Shown: piece by piece, positions 15,201-29,000 of the stretch
Layout: the number at the start of each line of letters is the position of its first letter
Position numbering within the stretch: position 1 is the first letter of the stretch
Assembly: GCA_051294375.1 (NCBI GenBank)
Contig: CM119264.1
Span: forward strand, 20,061,189-20,125,188
DNA: 64,000 nucleotides
Direction: 5' to 3'
Origin: Paraspadella gotoi
Taxonomy: Eukaryota; Animalia; Chaetognatha
The notes under the pieces: model-generated
What the model saw: the letters and a program-made list of their open reading frames with translations, nothing else
Databases searched by the model: none
What the model was told of the DNA's origin: nothing
Program-made: the position numbers and the translations under genes

Positions 15201-18200
15201 AAAATTTAAAAACCACTCTAGGGCATGTACGAAGGTCTCCCCTAATGATTCGAAGTAGTTTCCCGAAGGATAGGAATGGCTGAAGAAGACTCGTATGTGA
15301 GTCGAAACATGTCCGTTTCACTTAAAATAAAAGCGTTGTTTTCCCTCTTATCAAAACTTTGTTCATTAATTAATAATAATTAATTAAATAATAATCATAA
15401 TAATAATTAATTAAATAATAATGATTTTAATTTTATAATAGGACTGAATAAAACAATTATTTCTCAACAGCATAAAATTATTTAATGCATTCAAATACTT
15501 CCAAAAAAATTTGTCTCCAACTGTTTTCACCTCTTTTTGATCAAGAGGATTATTGATATTATTATTAATATTATATCATAATATTTTTTATCAGATCTAG
15601 GGCAAAAAATGATCCTTAGCAAGCAGTAAAAAAGATTTATCCCCTATAAAATAAACCAGGCTTGAATTGTTGCTGCATAATGTGATGATGCAATCTTGAT
15701 TTTTTTTTGTCTTGTTTGATATTTGGTTCTGATAATACATCCAGAAGTAAATAAAAATGATAATTTTGCTCCTAGAAAGCTTACCCGGAGCCCTATAACT
15801 TTTATTGATACTTTATAATATAAAAAAACGCTAAGTGATTGCGACGATAAAAATATTCTGGAGCATCTACAGCATTAATGTATTTCTAATACTGCTCTTA
15901 ACATATGACATATGAATTAAGATTCATCTCTGAATCTATCCTAATGAAGATGATGCAATAACCAATTGACATGAGACTGAGAAAAGGCAGGAATTTTTAA
16001 TAGTAACAGTTTAACTCAAAAAGGGAATCGGAAATTAGTATAAATAAAAAGTAGATATAAAAAAGATTTAAAAAAAGGAAGCATTTTTGGACAACTCATT
16101 TTTTTTACATAGAACTCATGTATATTTTGTTGTATATAAATAAAACATATTTCATATTAATCACAAAAGCCCAGTTTCTCGATATCTAAATTTTATTTTT
16201 TGATTCTTACATTAAAATGCCAAAAAATAGCTGAAAAGTAACCGCGACAATTTTTTTTTTCCATCATGGTAACGGACATGATTCAACTATTTTTACCAGT
16301 CTAAAATGAATTTAAAATTTCTCTCTCTCTCTCTCACTTTTATGAAATGTTTGGCAAAAAATTCTTAAATTCACCTTGCTCGAAAAAAGAATCGAAACAT
16401 GTCCGTTTATTAAGAGGAAGGGTCATAAAGCTTAACAATGAGTAGAGTACACTTCAATATAATACAACTAAAAAATGAAGAAACTTTTTCGAAATTATTC
16501 TCATGATATGGTTGTTAAAAAATTCTAGATAAAATGTTCAAATATGGTAAATTTAAATTTTGACGAGGAGAGCACAGAAATTAATCTTGTTACTTCGTTG
16601 GTTTCCACTAGTTAAAAAGAATGATAATCAAAAAGAGTCGCAGCCTGCATGTCTTTCTATTAATTTTTTCGAATTACCCCGTGAGCAAAATCTAGTTACA
16701 CGAAAGAAAAATCATTGCCATGGTTTACTGCATCGAGATAAACGTAAGCTTTTTTTAAATAAATATGAAATGTTTGAGGTTTTTTCTGTTACAATTTTTT
16801 TAAATTGATCTTTATTAATAACTGGAAACTGAAATTTTTTTTGCAAATATGTCAAAGTCGTCAAATTGATGGCTCATCGCATCTCTTAATAATAAAACGA
16901 TTTTGAATAATTTTTAATAAATAAATAAATTTTTAATTTTTAATTCAGTTCTCCAGCTCCAGCTCAAACTCCATTTCCGGCAAAAAAGTTTTATTACTTT
17001 TATTTTACTCTATTTTTCATTTGTATTTTAGAGCCTCCTGGTATTCCACGTGGTCCTATTAATATTAGAGATGTAACCAGCCAATCTTGCGTGATTTCAT
17101 GGTCAACGCCACTTGACTTAGGAAATTCTCCTCTTTTGGGTAAGCATAAAAAGGTATATGTATTATTATATTATTTTACAATCCAGCATTAAATTATTAA
17201 ACTGCTAAATAATATTTTGTTAATTATTTTTAATTTGACCTAATAAAAATTACTATAATAATGTATTTATTTAATAATAACGATATTTAATTTTTTTTAA
17301 AGTTTTATCCCAATTATCTTCAAATTTTACAAAATATTTTAACACTTTTTCAAGTGTTTAGAAATCTGTTTAAAAATAAAAAGTTTTGAATGTTTACTAT
17401 ACTTTATATCATTTAATAATACAATGCCTCGGTATATCAACAATACTATGAATAAATATAAAAAGTTTTATTCAAAAAGAATTAATAATAATATTGTGGA
17501 AGACGATGCACACAAGGTCCCGAACTTCGGATCGGGCTGTAGTCTGACACTACAGGTGGGTTAGACGCCCAGACCCGCTTTTGCTTGTGTGAATCAGCAG
17601 GGCGCGAACCCGAGTCCTTTGGGTCGGGAGGAACTCGTGCTACCTCCGGCGCCATAGGTGCTGCTGATTCTCGGATGAGTAGTGGGGTATGAAATACTAC
17701 CACTACAATATGTAGTGTTTGGTAAAGTGAAAAGTGATAAATTTTGTTATGACCTTATAAATTACGTTGTTTTTATCCAAGGAGAGCGGTTATTTTTCAG
17801 TTACTTTTTAAGTTACTTTTAAAGATTCTTGGAACGCCTGTTTTTCAGGTTATAATGTTGAAGTAAGAAATACAAAAAATAAAGAATGGTATCACCGCGG
17901 ATTTTCAAGGGGCTACTTTAACTCGCTAATGGTCGATAGTCTTGCTGATGGTCAATCATATGAATTCAGAATATCTGCTGAAAATAAAATTGGGATCTCA
18001 GCCCCATTATATTCCGAAACATGTGTAACTACAAGGAGGTAATTAAATTAAGCAACAGATTAAAAGAGTCTATTTATGTTTTTGAGTGATATTTTATTTT
18101 CAATATTTATTTTGTTGTTGTATATCATTTCAGCAATTTACAACTTCCTCTTCCACCACCTGGAACGTTGCAAGTTTCGAATATAACTCATGATTCTGTT

Positions 18201-19290
18201 ACTTTACAGGTATAATAATAGCTTCAAAATGGTGTATAAATAGGCATAATATCAATTGTCCTTTTTAGTGGCTGTCTCCAATAGATTTAGATGGTCCTCC
18301 TATCTCTGCATACGTTGTAGAAAAAAGAGAGGTAAGTTGATTAAAAGTGTTTACCAAATATTCAATATTGGGATTTTAGTCACCTTTTTATTCTAATTCA
18401 TTTCAGCATGTTTCCAATTATTCAAAGTTTGAGTTAATAATACATAGCAGTTTAATCTTCTCATCCAATAATTCTGATATATTCACATAGGTACACCAAT
18501 CCACATGGGTGACTATTGCAAGATTACCCCCAAATGAAACAAAATTTATAGCTGGAAATCTTCAGGTTTAACTTTATAATTTAAAATTCCAAATAATAGT
18601 TTTTTACTTTTGGTTTTGCTTTTCAGGAGGGAATGGAATATTATTTTTCCGTCATTGTCGAGAATTCGGATGGACAAAGTGAACCTTTATTAACAGAAAA
18701 AAGGATTAAGCCTATTAAACCTTTAGGTAATGTTATAAGAATTCTCAAAAAATTTAAAGAATTGTACAAGGTGACACACCGTAACCCGCCGTTAAAAAAA
18801 ATCGTCGTTTGCAAACCTGTTTTTTTTCTGTAGTAAAAACCAAAGTCATTTATATATCCTAATTTCATATTGATTGGTTATGATTTTACTTGGCAATGAG
18901 CGGAGAAAAGTTGCCTTAAAAATCGTCTTTCATTTTAAAACTCAAATCTTTTTTTTTTCAATATTTTTATCTAACTTTCGGACTATTTTTTAAGGAACTT
19001 TTAAATATAAAGGAACTTTTAAATATAAACTTATTAATATCTTCTGAAAGCTCTTGAAAATTTAAAGAGATTGATATCTTCAAAAATTTTGTTACATAGA
19101 AATAAGCATAACTAGCTTTAATTTAATCAAGGTAATCAAAATTAGAATAATAAACATGTAAAATATATTTTTAGTCGGATCTGCTTATCAGCAGATCCCG
19201 ACGGGTCCGCCCCTCAAATATTGTCGGGCACACACTTATATCATGTCAGAACATCGAATTATGATTAATTATGCAAAAAAAAACGATGTC

Positions 19291-19333
<43 letters not shown>

Positions 19334-22300
19334 GTCTGTCTGTCTGTCGTCTGTCTGTCGTCGTCCGTCCGTCCCTCCGTCCGTCCACCTTAGCAAAAAA
19401 CTCCAATTACTCGTGATTGGATGGATGGATTGGTATGAATTTTTGTGTGTGGGGTAGGAAACTGTGTGATTTAGATGGATATGAAGTTTCGAGGAATCGT
19501 GCGAGTGGAAATTGGTTTAAATGGAAAAAACAAAAAAATATATTTCACTATTTGAACGCCAATTGCTCATGAGTGGATAGGGCAATTGACTTGAAATTTT
19601 GTATGATGGTAGGAAAGTGTGTGATTGAGCTGGATATAAAGTTTCGATGGAATCGTGAGAGTGGAAATGAGTTAAAATGGAAAAAACAAAAGTCATATTT
19701 ACTTGAAGTATTTTTACTTAAATTTACTCATAATTATTATGTTTATTAAAAATTGGATAGATAAATCGAAATTGAATTTTGTGTGTGGGTAGGAAAGTAT
19801 GTGATAAAGCTGGATATAATTTTTTTGATGGAATCGTAGGAGTGGAAAAGAGTTCAAATTAGAAAACCAAAAGACACATTTATTTGAATTTTTTAAAGTT
19901 TCTCTCTCTCTATCTCTCTCTGATTGATTGATTGATTGATTGATTGAACCAAATTATGCCAATTGACAAAAATATGCCAGTTGACCAAATTCTTAAAGTT
20001 GACCAAATTCTGCAAGTTGATCAAGTTCTTGCAAGTTGACCAAATTATGCCTGTTGACCAAATTATGCCAGTTGATAAAATTATGCCAGTTGACCAAATT
20101 ATGCCGGTTGACAAAATTATGTTAATTGATCAAATTATGTCAGTTGACCAAATTATGTCAGTAGACCAAATTATGTCAGTTAACCAAATTATGTCAGTTG
20201 ACCAAATTATGCAAGTTGATTAAATTATGCAAGTTGACCAAGTTAGCTTATTACCACTTAATTATCGATTGACCTGGAATTTGTGTATGTAGAAAAAGTG
20301 TGTGATTGAACAGGAAACCAAGTTTCGATGAAATCTTTTGAGTGGAAATGAGTTTAAATGGAAAAAAAAACAAAAAACCTGTTTCACTTATTGATTATGA
20401 TTCTTTTTCCTTTTATATTAAATGTATATGCAGGATGTATTAATAAATCAAATAATTAATCAGTTAATTAATCAATTAGTAAATAAATTAATCAATAATT
20501 AATTAATTAGTCAATCAATCCGTCCATCCGTCCACCTTAGCAAAAAGCTCCAATAACTCGTGATTGGCTGGTTGGATTGGAATGGAATTTTGTGTGTGGG
20601 TAGGAAAGTGTGTGATAAAGCTGGATATAAAGTTTCGACGGAATCGTGTGAGTGGAAAAGAGTTTAAGTGGAAAAAACATAAGTCGCATTTACTAAAATA
20701 TTTTTACTTATTTCAACTAATAAGTACTCTAATTAATCATAATTGGATGGATAGATTGAGTTCAAATTTTTTGTGTGGGTAGAAAAATGTGTAACGACGC
20801 TTGATATAAAGTTTCGGTGGAAACGTACGAGTGGAAATGAGTTTAAAATGAAAAAAAATGAGTCACATTTACTTTAATATTTTTTACTTATTTTAACCCA
20901 TATAGATTGAGATGAAATTTTGTGAGCGGGTAGAAAAGTGTGTGAAGAAGCTAGATATAAAGTTTTGGACGGAATGCAAGTTGAAAAAATTATGCAAGTT
21001 GAAAAAATGATGCAAGTTAAAAAAATCTAAAAGTATAAGGATCGTCGCAATTGCATAAAAAGAGAGAGAGAGAGAAAGAGAGAGAGTGAAGAGGAGAGAG
21101 TGAGAGAGAGAGAGTGAGAGAGAGAGAAGGAGACATAAAATAAAATAGAGGATATTGTTTGTTTTGACAAAATGTAAACAAAACATTTAATAACTGTCCT
21201 GACTCAATTTAAGGACATCGATGATGACAAGCTGAATATAAATTATAATTAATTATTAAAACTAATTAATTAATTAATCGATTAATTAATTAATTATCGT
21301 AGGCAGATCCGACATTGTTTGCTTAAACTTGTTTAAAAATGTTCAGAGAGTTAGAAAAAACAAGTTTGAGCAAACAATGTCGGATCTGCAATTGCGACGA
21401 TCTTTATGCTTTTAAGATTTTTTAACTTGCATAATTTTTCACATTAATTAATTAATTAATTAACTAATTAATTAATTTAAACATTTATTAGTAATCATTA
21501 ATATTAAAGATTCAAGTAAATGTGACTTATGTTTTTTCCATCTAAACTCATTTCCACTGGCACAATTCCGTCAAAACTTTATATAGTTATTATATATTAA
21601 TAAATATTTAAAAGCTTCAGTGCAACAATCCAATGAACTAAATCAAAAAGTTACATTGAAAATCGATTTAGTAGTAAAAGGAAAAAAAAATTTAAAGAGA
21701 ACTAGGAGTTATAAAAAGTGTTCAATTTGTGGCCCGCCTTACTAGATATTAGGCCGGAACAGGTTGAAAACTAGAAGTTCTCTCAAATGGTTAATGGTTA
21801 ATGGTTAAGCGACTATTAAATAATATGAAAATGAAAATAATTTTTAAAATTTGCTTATCAATTTTTTATAGATTCTGATAGAGCTTTAAAAGTTAGATAA
21901 AGGTTATTAGTACAACTTTTTTTTGTTTATTAATGAAAAATTTAAAAAAATAAAATTCAGCCAATAATGATGATGATGATAATTTTTTAAGGTTTTTTCT
22001 ATTTTTAACCAATTTATTGTCAAAATTTGAAAAATTATAGTACTAACTTTCATTTAACTTTTAAAGCTCTACAAGAATCCGTTCTTAAAAAATCAATTTT
22101 TAAAATTTTTTTTATCATTTGTTATATATTAATAAATATTTAAAAGCTTCAGTGCAACAACCCAATGAACTAATTCAAAAAGTTACATTGAAAATCGATT
22201 TAGTAGTAGAAGGAAAAGAAATTTTTTTGAGAGAACTAGAAGTTATAAAAAGTGTTCAATTTTGGCCCACCTTACTAGATATATTGCATGTGATTAAACA

Positions 22301-22406
22301 ATGTTATCGGAATAATAATTTTATCAATTTTATGTATTTTGTAAGTATTTTAATTATTTTTATTCAGTGAGTAAAATAACTTTTTTATTCGCTAATTTTT
22401 ATTTCG

Positions 22407-22446
<40 letters not shown>

Positions 22447-22999
22447 CAATTGCAACGATCCTTATGCTCATTTTTTCTGCTCTCTCTCGAAGAGAAAAGG
22501 CCGAGACCGACGGAGACGCGCAGATCTGACCCATTCGACCGATTGACCGATCGACGGACGGACTGACCTGACTCTTTCTCCACTCTTTTCTCTCCTCTCT
22601 CTATTTCTCTCTCTCTCTCTCTCTCCAAACTTTACTAGGACGAGCTCAAACAAAACAGATTTAGATTCACTGGATCACATTTTAGAGAGACCGTCAACTA
22701 CTTTCTTACAAAGTTTCTATTACTTTTTACTGGAGATTCTTCTACGATTTATTTGATTCTTCTACGCGATTATTGATCCTTCTCGATTTGATCTCGATTT
22801 TCTCCACGGATTTTATTTACATTTATTACATTTATTTACGTTTTATTCACGCATTATTCTTTTCCGACTTTTCGAGCTTCAGTTATAAAACCTTTTGGAT
22901 ACTTTTCGTCAGATAAGTTACAACCAAGTGGACCATCCTCCTCAAGAGGCTCTCTCTCTCTTTCTTTGCAATTGCGACGATCCTATGCTCATTTTTCTG

Positions 23000-23041
<42 letters not shown>

Positions 23042-26000
23042 TAATAAAGATTCAAGTAAATGTAACTTATGTTTTTTTCCATTTAAACTCATTTCCACTG
23101 GCACAATTCGTCAAAACTTTATATCTAGCTTCTTCACACACTTTCCTACCCGCTCACAAAATTTCATTTCAATCTATTATTGGTTAAAATAAGTAAAAAG
23201 ATTCAAGTAAATGTGACTCATATTTTTTTCATTTAAACTTATTTCCACTCGTACGTTTCCACCGAAACTTTATATCAAGCATCGATACACATTTTTCTAC
23301 CCACACAAAATTTTGAACTCAATCTATCCATCCAATTATAATTAATTACTAATTAGAGTACTTATTGGTTAAAATAATTAAAAATATTTAGTAAATGCGA
23401 CTTATGTTTTTTCCTCTTAAACTCACAGATTCCGTCGAAACTTTATATCCAGCTTTATCACACACTTTCCTACCCACACACAAAATTTCTTTCCAATCCA
23501 ACACACATCACGAGTTATTGGAGCTTTTTGCTAAGGTGGGACGGATTAATTATTATTGATTAATTAATTGACTAATTGATTAATTAACTGATTAATTATT
23601 TGATTTATTAATACATCCTGGATATACATTTAATATAAAAGGAAAAAGAATTATAATCAATTAGTGAAACAGGTTTTTTTGTGTTTTTTCCATTTAAACT
23701 CATTTCCACTCAAAAGATTCCATCAAAAACTTGGTTTCCTGTTCAATCACACACTTTTCTACTCACATACAAAATTCCAGGTCAATCGATAATTAAGTGG
23801 TAATAAGCTAACTTGGTCAACTTGCATAATTTAATCAATTGGCATAATTTTATCAACTGGCAAATTTTATCAACTGGCCTAATTTTATCAACTGGCCTAA
23901 TTTGGTCAACTGGCCTAATTTGAACAACTTGCAGAACTTGATCAACTTGCAGAATTGGTCAACTGGCATAATTTGGTCAACTTTAAGAATTTGGTCAACT
24001 GGCATATTTTTGTCAATTGGCATAATTTGGTCAATCAATCAATCAATCAATCAATCAGAGAAGAGATAGAGAGAAACTTTAAAAAATTCAAATAAATGTG
24101 TCTTTTGGTTTTCTAATTTGAACTCTTTTCCACTCCTACGATTCCATCAAAAAATTTATATCCAGCTTTATCACATACTTTCCTACCCACACACAAATTC
24201 CATTTCGATTTATCTATCCAATTTTTAATAAACATAATAATTATGAGTAAATTTAAGTAAAAATACTTCAAGTAAATATGACTTTTGTTTTTTCCATTTT
24301 AACTCATTTCCACTCGCACGATTCCATCGAAACTTTATATCCAGCTCAATCACACACTTCCACCCATCATACAAAATTTCAAGTCAATTGCCCTATCCAC
24401 TCATGAGCAATTGGCGTTCAAATAGTGAAATATATTTTTTGTTTTTTCCATTTAAACCAATTTCCACTCGCACGATTCCCTCGAAACTTCATATCCATCT
24501 CAATCACACAGTTTCCTACCCACACACAAAATTTCATACCAATCCATCCATACAATCACGAGTAATTGGAGTTTTTTGCTAAGGTGGGACGGACGGACGG
24601 ACGGACGGACGGACGGACGGACAGACGGACGGACATCGTTTTTTTTTGCATAATTTATCATAATTCGATGTTCTGACATGATATAAGTGTGTGCCCGACA
24701 ATATTGAGGGGCGGACCGACGGACCGACAAAGTGAGTTATAGAGTCGGGATCCTGCTGATAAGCAGATCCGACTAAAAAAAGAGAGACAGGAAAGAGAGA
24801 GACAGAAAAAACAAGTTTGAGCAAACAATATCGGATCTGCCTACGATAATTTAGCGGTAAGCAGCTAACCAGATAACTAGATCAAAATATTATAAATCAT
24901 AACAGATTTTTAAATTAATCAATATTGAGAAAGGTTTATTATTTTGCCAATACAGCGATTTTTAAAATTTCTTCAAAAAAATGTTGGCCTTTCCTATCTA
25001 TAAATACAAATTAAAAAATTATTTACTAGGGTATAGACTCAGAACCAGCTTAAGTTAAAGGGTCAAACGTTATGCTTTCAGCTTTTTACCCACCCCCCTG
25101 GTCACTTGGTCCCCTTAAAGATTCATATTATGCGAGGAAGACTTTTGCCAGCATTGCCTACATCCTAGAAATCGCTCACCAGCTGGTCAATGGAACCACT
25201 CTGGTCTGACTCATAAGGAATTCTGTAATAAAAGAATTGACTGGGTACAGTAATTTCAAATTACTCCAAAAAACAACAACACTTGAAAATCCGCGAGTCC
25301 CACCAAATCCGTCGCCAGGACAGCGGACAAGGACACGGCCTCACGACGACTGGGGAGCCTACATACGCACCTCTGCTTGCAATCCCGTTATTCATTCAAT
25401 GCTATAACTTTGTGAATATGTTACTATGGGGAGCACCCTTTATTGGGTCTTTTAAATCTCTCTGATTTGACCATATTCTCTCACCTTTTCTCTGTATCCC
25501 TCTCACTCTCTTTCTATGTCTCTCTCTCTCTCCCTTTTCTAATTAAATCTATCAATTTTCCCTCATTCCACTGATAAAGTTATGTGAAATACATGACGAA
25601 ATATTTAGAAAACAGTAACCTTAAACCTTATAATGAGATTACTTAAATTTATAAAAAAATTTAAATAACAATTTTAGGTGTACCAGGAAAACCACAAGGT
25701 CCTCTCAAAATATTGACAAAAACCGCAAATTCCATCGCTATCTGTTGGGGTCCACCTTTAGATGATGGAGGAAAAAGTTTAACTGAATATTTCATACAAT
25801 ATTCTCTCTTCAGGGTAACAGGTATGGAAGTTACCATTTAAGTGTGTAATCAAAATTAAGCAATTAATTCTTAAAAACTATTCTATCAGTGAATATTAAT
25901 TTGTACTGTATTCATTTTTCTTTTTAAAAAAATTTTGTAACATTGACCAAATTTTGTATGCACGACTACCATTGTATATTGCTAAAATTTAAAAAACGTG

Positions 26001-29000
26001 AAGAGACAGTAATTTCTAATTATTGTTGCGTTAGTGACAGAACCGTTCAATATAAGCAGTCCCTGAGCTTCGGAACAGGCTGTAACACCATGTTACAGGC
26101 GGGTTAAGCGCCCCGACCCTCTTAACTGTTAGGCGACCACCGGGCTGGAACCCCGAAGCTTTGGGTTGGGAGGCGAATGACACCAAAGGCCACTGATGAA
26201 CAGTTGGTGGATTTTAGCCCACCATAAACGGCATATTCGTATTTCTTGTAACATTAACAAACCATTAACGAGTTTCTTTGTGTGCGGAGAGAGAGAGAGA
26301 AAGAGAGAGAGCGAGCGAGAGTAACCAGCTTCTTTAACAATGTAAAAATTAATTTCATAATACTTTTAAATTGGCATATATTTTCAGAGCATACGTGTCA
26401 CACTCACATACTTGAGCCTCATGACACTCGGATCTCTGACTGGATACTAGCCGGTTCTGTTGGACCAGACACTTTTAAATATACCTTAAGCAATATGCAT
26501 GAAGGTTCTGGATATTACATTCGGGTGGTGCCAGTCAACGAACTCGGTAAGAGCACTTATTTACTTTCTATTAAAATATTTTATAATTTTTATTTAAATT
26601 TTAAATCACACGGGGGGGAAACACGGGCGAGAGGAATGGGAAACCCACACAATGAAAGATCAATTTAAAAGATGTGTCAGTCGATCCCGACGTGATTAGA
26701 AAGGAAAAACTTTCACTCTCACCGGTAACTGTTTTACCACTAACGCGAATTAAAAAGCGTCGAAATGACCGTGTCAATTTAAATCAAACCCGAAACCTTT
26801 TTCCCCGTTTTATGATTTCAATTATACCCCCTAAAATTGTACAATTTTTTTTCCCCGTCTATTTAACTTTTCCTTCTTTCTACGTACGAGGATTTGCTCT
26901 TACTTTTTCTACTATGATCATTTTCCCTTGACTTTCTATAGAAATCTGTCTGTACCCATTACGCATTAGCTCTTCACGTTAGAGCGTTGAAAAATAACAA
27001 AATATAACAAATCAAGTGAGGTACATAGCTATTTTAGTGTAATGTAGTCTGTAGAATTCGATGGTGGTGACCATTTTTAGTATAATTTTATCTTTCTTGT
27101 CGAAAATAAGGGTTATTTTAATGTATATAAAATTATTAAAACCATTATAAGTTATGATAAATCAAATTATTAAAATTTTATAAAATTTATATGAGCTTTT
27201 AAAATATAAAAATAAAGATTTATAAAAATATTTTGGTAAGTTTATTTCTAAATTTTATGTTTTATAAAAAGTTAGTTAACTATATTTATTAATAATTATG
27301 AGTAAAAATTGGGCTAAAGTTAAAAAATAATAATTTCAAAATTTTTTCATGGATTTGCATTCTTTGCAAAAAGTTGATATAAGAAAATATAATTTTTATA
27401 TCAAAATTATGTCATTAAGTTGGTCAAAATTCAGAAAACTATAATTTTAAGCCAAAAATTGAAAAATTAAACAAAAATAATAGTTGTTAATATGTTTAAC
27501 CTACTTAATGAAAGAATTTTTTAAAATGGATTATATTTTCTTATATCAACTTTTTGTAAGGAATTCAAATCCGGTTTTAAAATTTTAAAATTTTATTTTT
27601 TTACTTTAGCTTATTTTTTATTATTATTTATTAATAAATATAGCTAACAAACTATTAATAAAATATAAAATTTGTAAATAAACTTACCAAAATATTTATA
27701 TGGGTCTTTATTTTCATATTATGTAAGTTAAATATGGCTTTTAAAAAATCTTAATATTTGAGTTTTTTATACTCTACAATGTTTGCTCCATTTTAATAGC
27801 ACCTTATATGCTGCAAAAATCGCCATTTCCGACAAAGAAGATGAGACTATACAAAAAAATGGTTATCGTCATCGAATTCTACAGACTTTATTACACTAAA
27901 ATAGCTTATGTACCTCACTTGATTTGTTATATTTCGTTATTTTTCAATGCCCTACTTCACGTGCATTGCTTTACACAAAATTGCAATTTTTTATGTTTTA
28001 GTCTTAATAAACCAGATGGCTATAAAAAATAAAATCATTTTTTAAAAACAAAATAGAAACAAAATTTAGTTTTTACGGTTTTAATATTTTTTTAAATGGA
28101 AATTCAAAAAAAAATATTTGAATCGAAATTGTATTAATCCTTTCTTTTGTTGTTTGTTGAGATTAATTAAAAACGAAAATTTTCGTGGAACAACAATAAA
28201 GTTTTTATTAACTTTGGACATGTTGTGTTGTGAGCCGAAACATGTCCAAAGTTAATAAAAACTTTATTGTTGTTCCACGAAAATTTTCGTTTTTAATTGA
28301 ATCGAAATGAAACAAAAAAAATAGATACACATTTCAACTTCCCCACTGCCTCATTAATGCAATTTGATAACTAGATAGTTGAAAGTTAAAAAAATGCTGC
28401 AAGTTAAAAAAATTATCTAAGTTGAAAAAATTATGCAACTTGAAAAAATTATGCAAGTTAAAAAAGTATGCAAATTGAAAAAAATATGCAAGTTAAAAAA
28501 ATTATGCATGTTGAAAAAATTATGCAAGTTAAAAAAATTATGCAAGTTGAAAAAATTATACAAGTTTAAAAAATTATGCAAGTTAAAAAAATTATGCAAG
28601 TTAAAAAAATGATGCAAGTTAAAAAAATTATGCAAGATAAAAAAATTATACAAGTTAAAAAAATTAGGCAAGTTGAAAAAATTATGCAAGTTGAAAAAAG
28701 TATGCAAATTAAAAAAATGATGCAAGCTGAAAAATGATACAAGCTGAAAAAATGATGCAAGTTCAAAAAATGATGCAAGTTCAAAAAATGATACAAGTTA
28801 AAAAAATGATAAACACTAAAAAAATGATAAAAGCTAAAAAAATAATGCAAGCTAAAAAAATGATACAAGCTAAAAAATAATACAAGTTAAAAAAATAAAA
28901 AAGTTAAAAAATAAGGCAAATTTAAAAAAATATTATTATTGCCGCAGTAACAGTTCAGTTTAAGCCTTTGAAAGTGATTTACATGTATTGGTGCAGCCAC

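Noticed and set aside
19893-20223. Repetitive ORFs (VDQIMP)n, and (FFNLHN)n at 28417-28868
   Set aside because: Translations of 18-bp minisatellites; no splice or codon support
26053-26226. Family B as an HDV-like or hammerhead ribozyme
   Set aside because: GGCGAATG lies within a simple hairpin with no P1/P1.1/P3 nesting, and CTGATGA is not followed by a GAAA core
28395-28900. CRISPR-like array
   Set aside because: Contiguous tandem units without unique spacers, eukaryotic context, no cas genes
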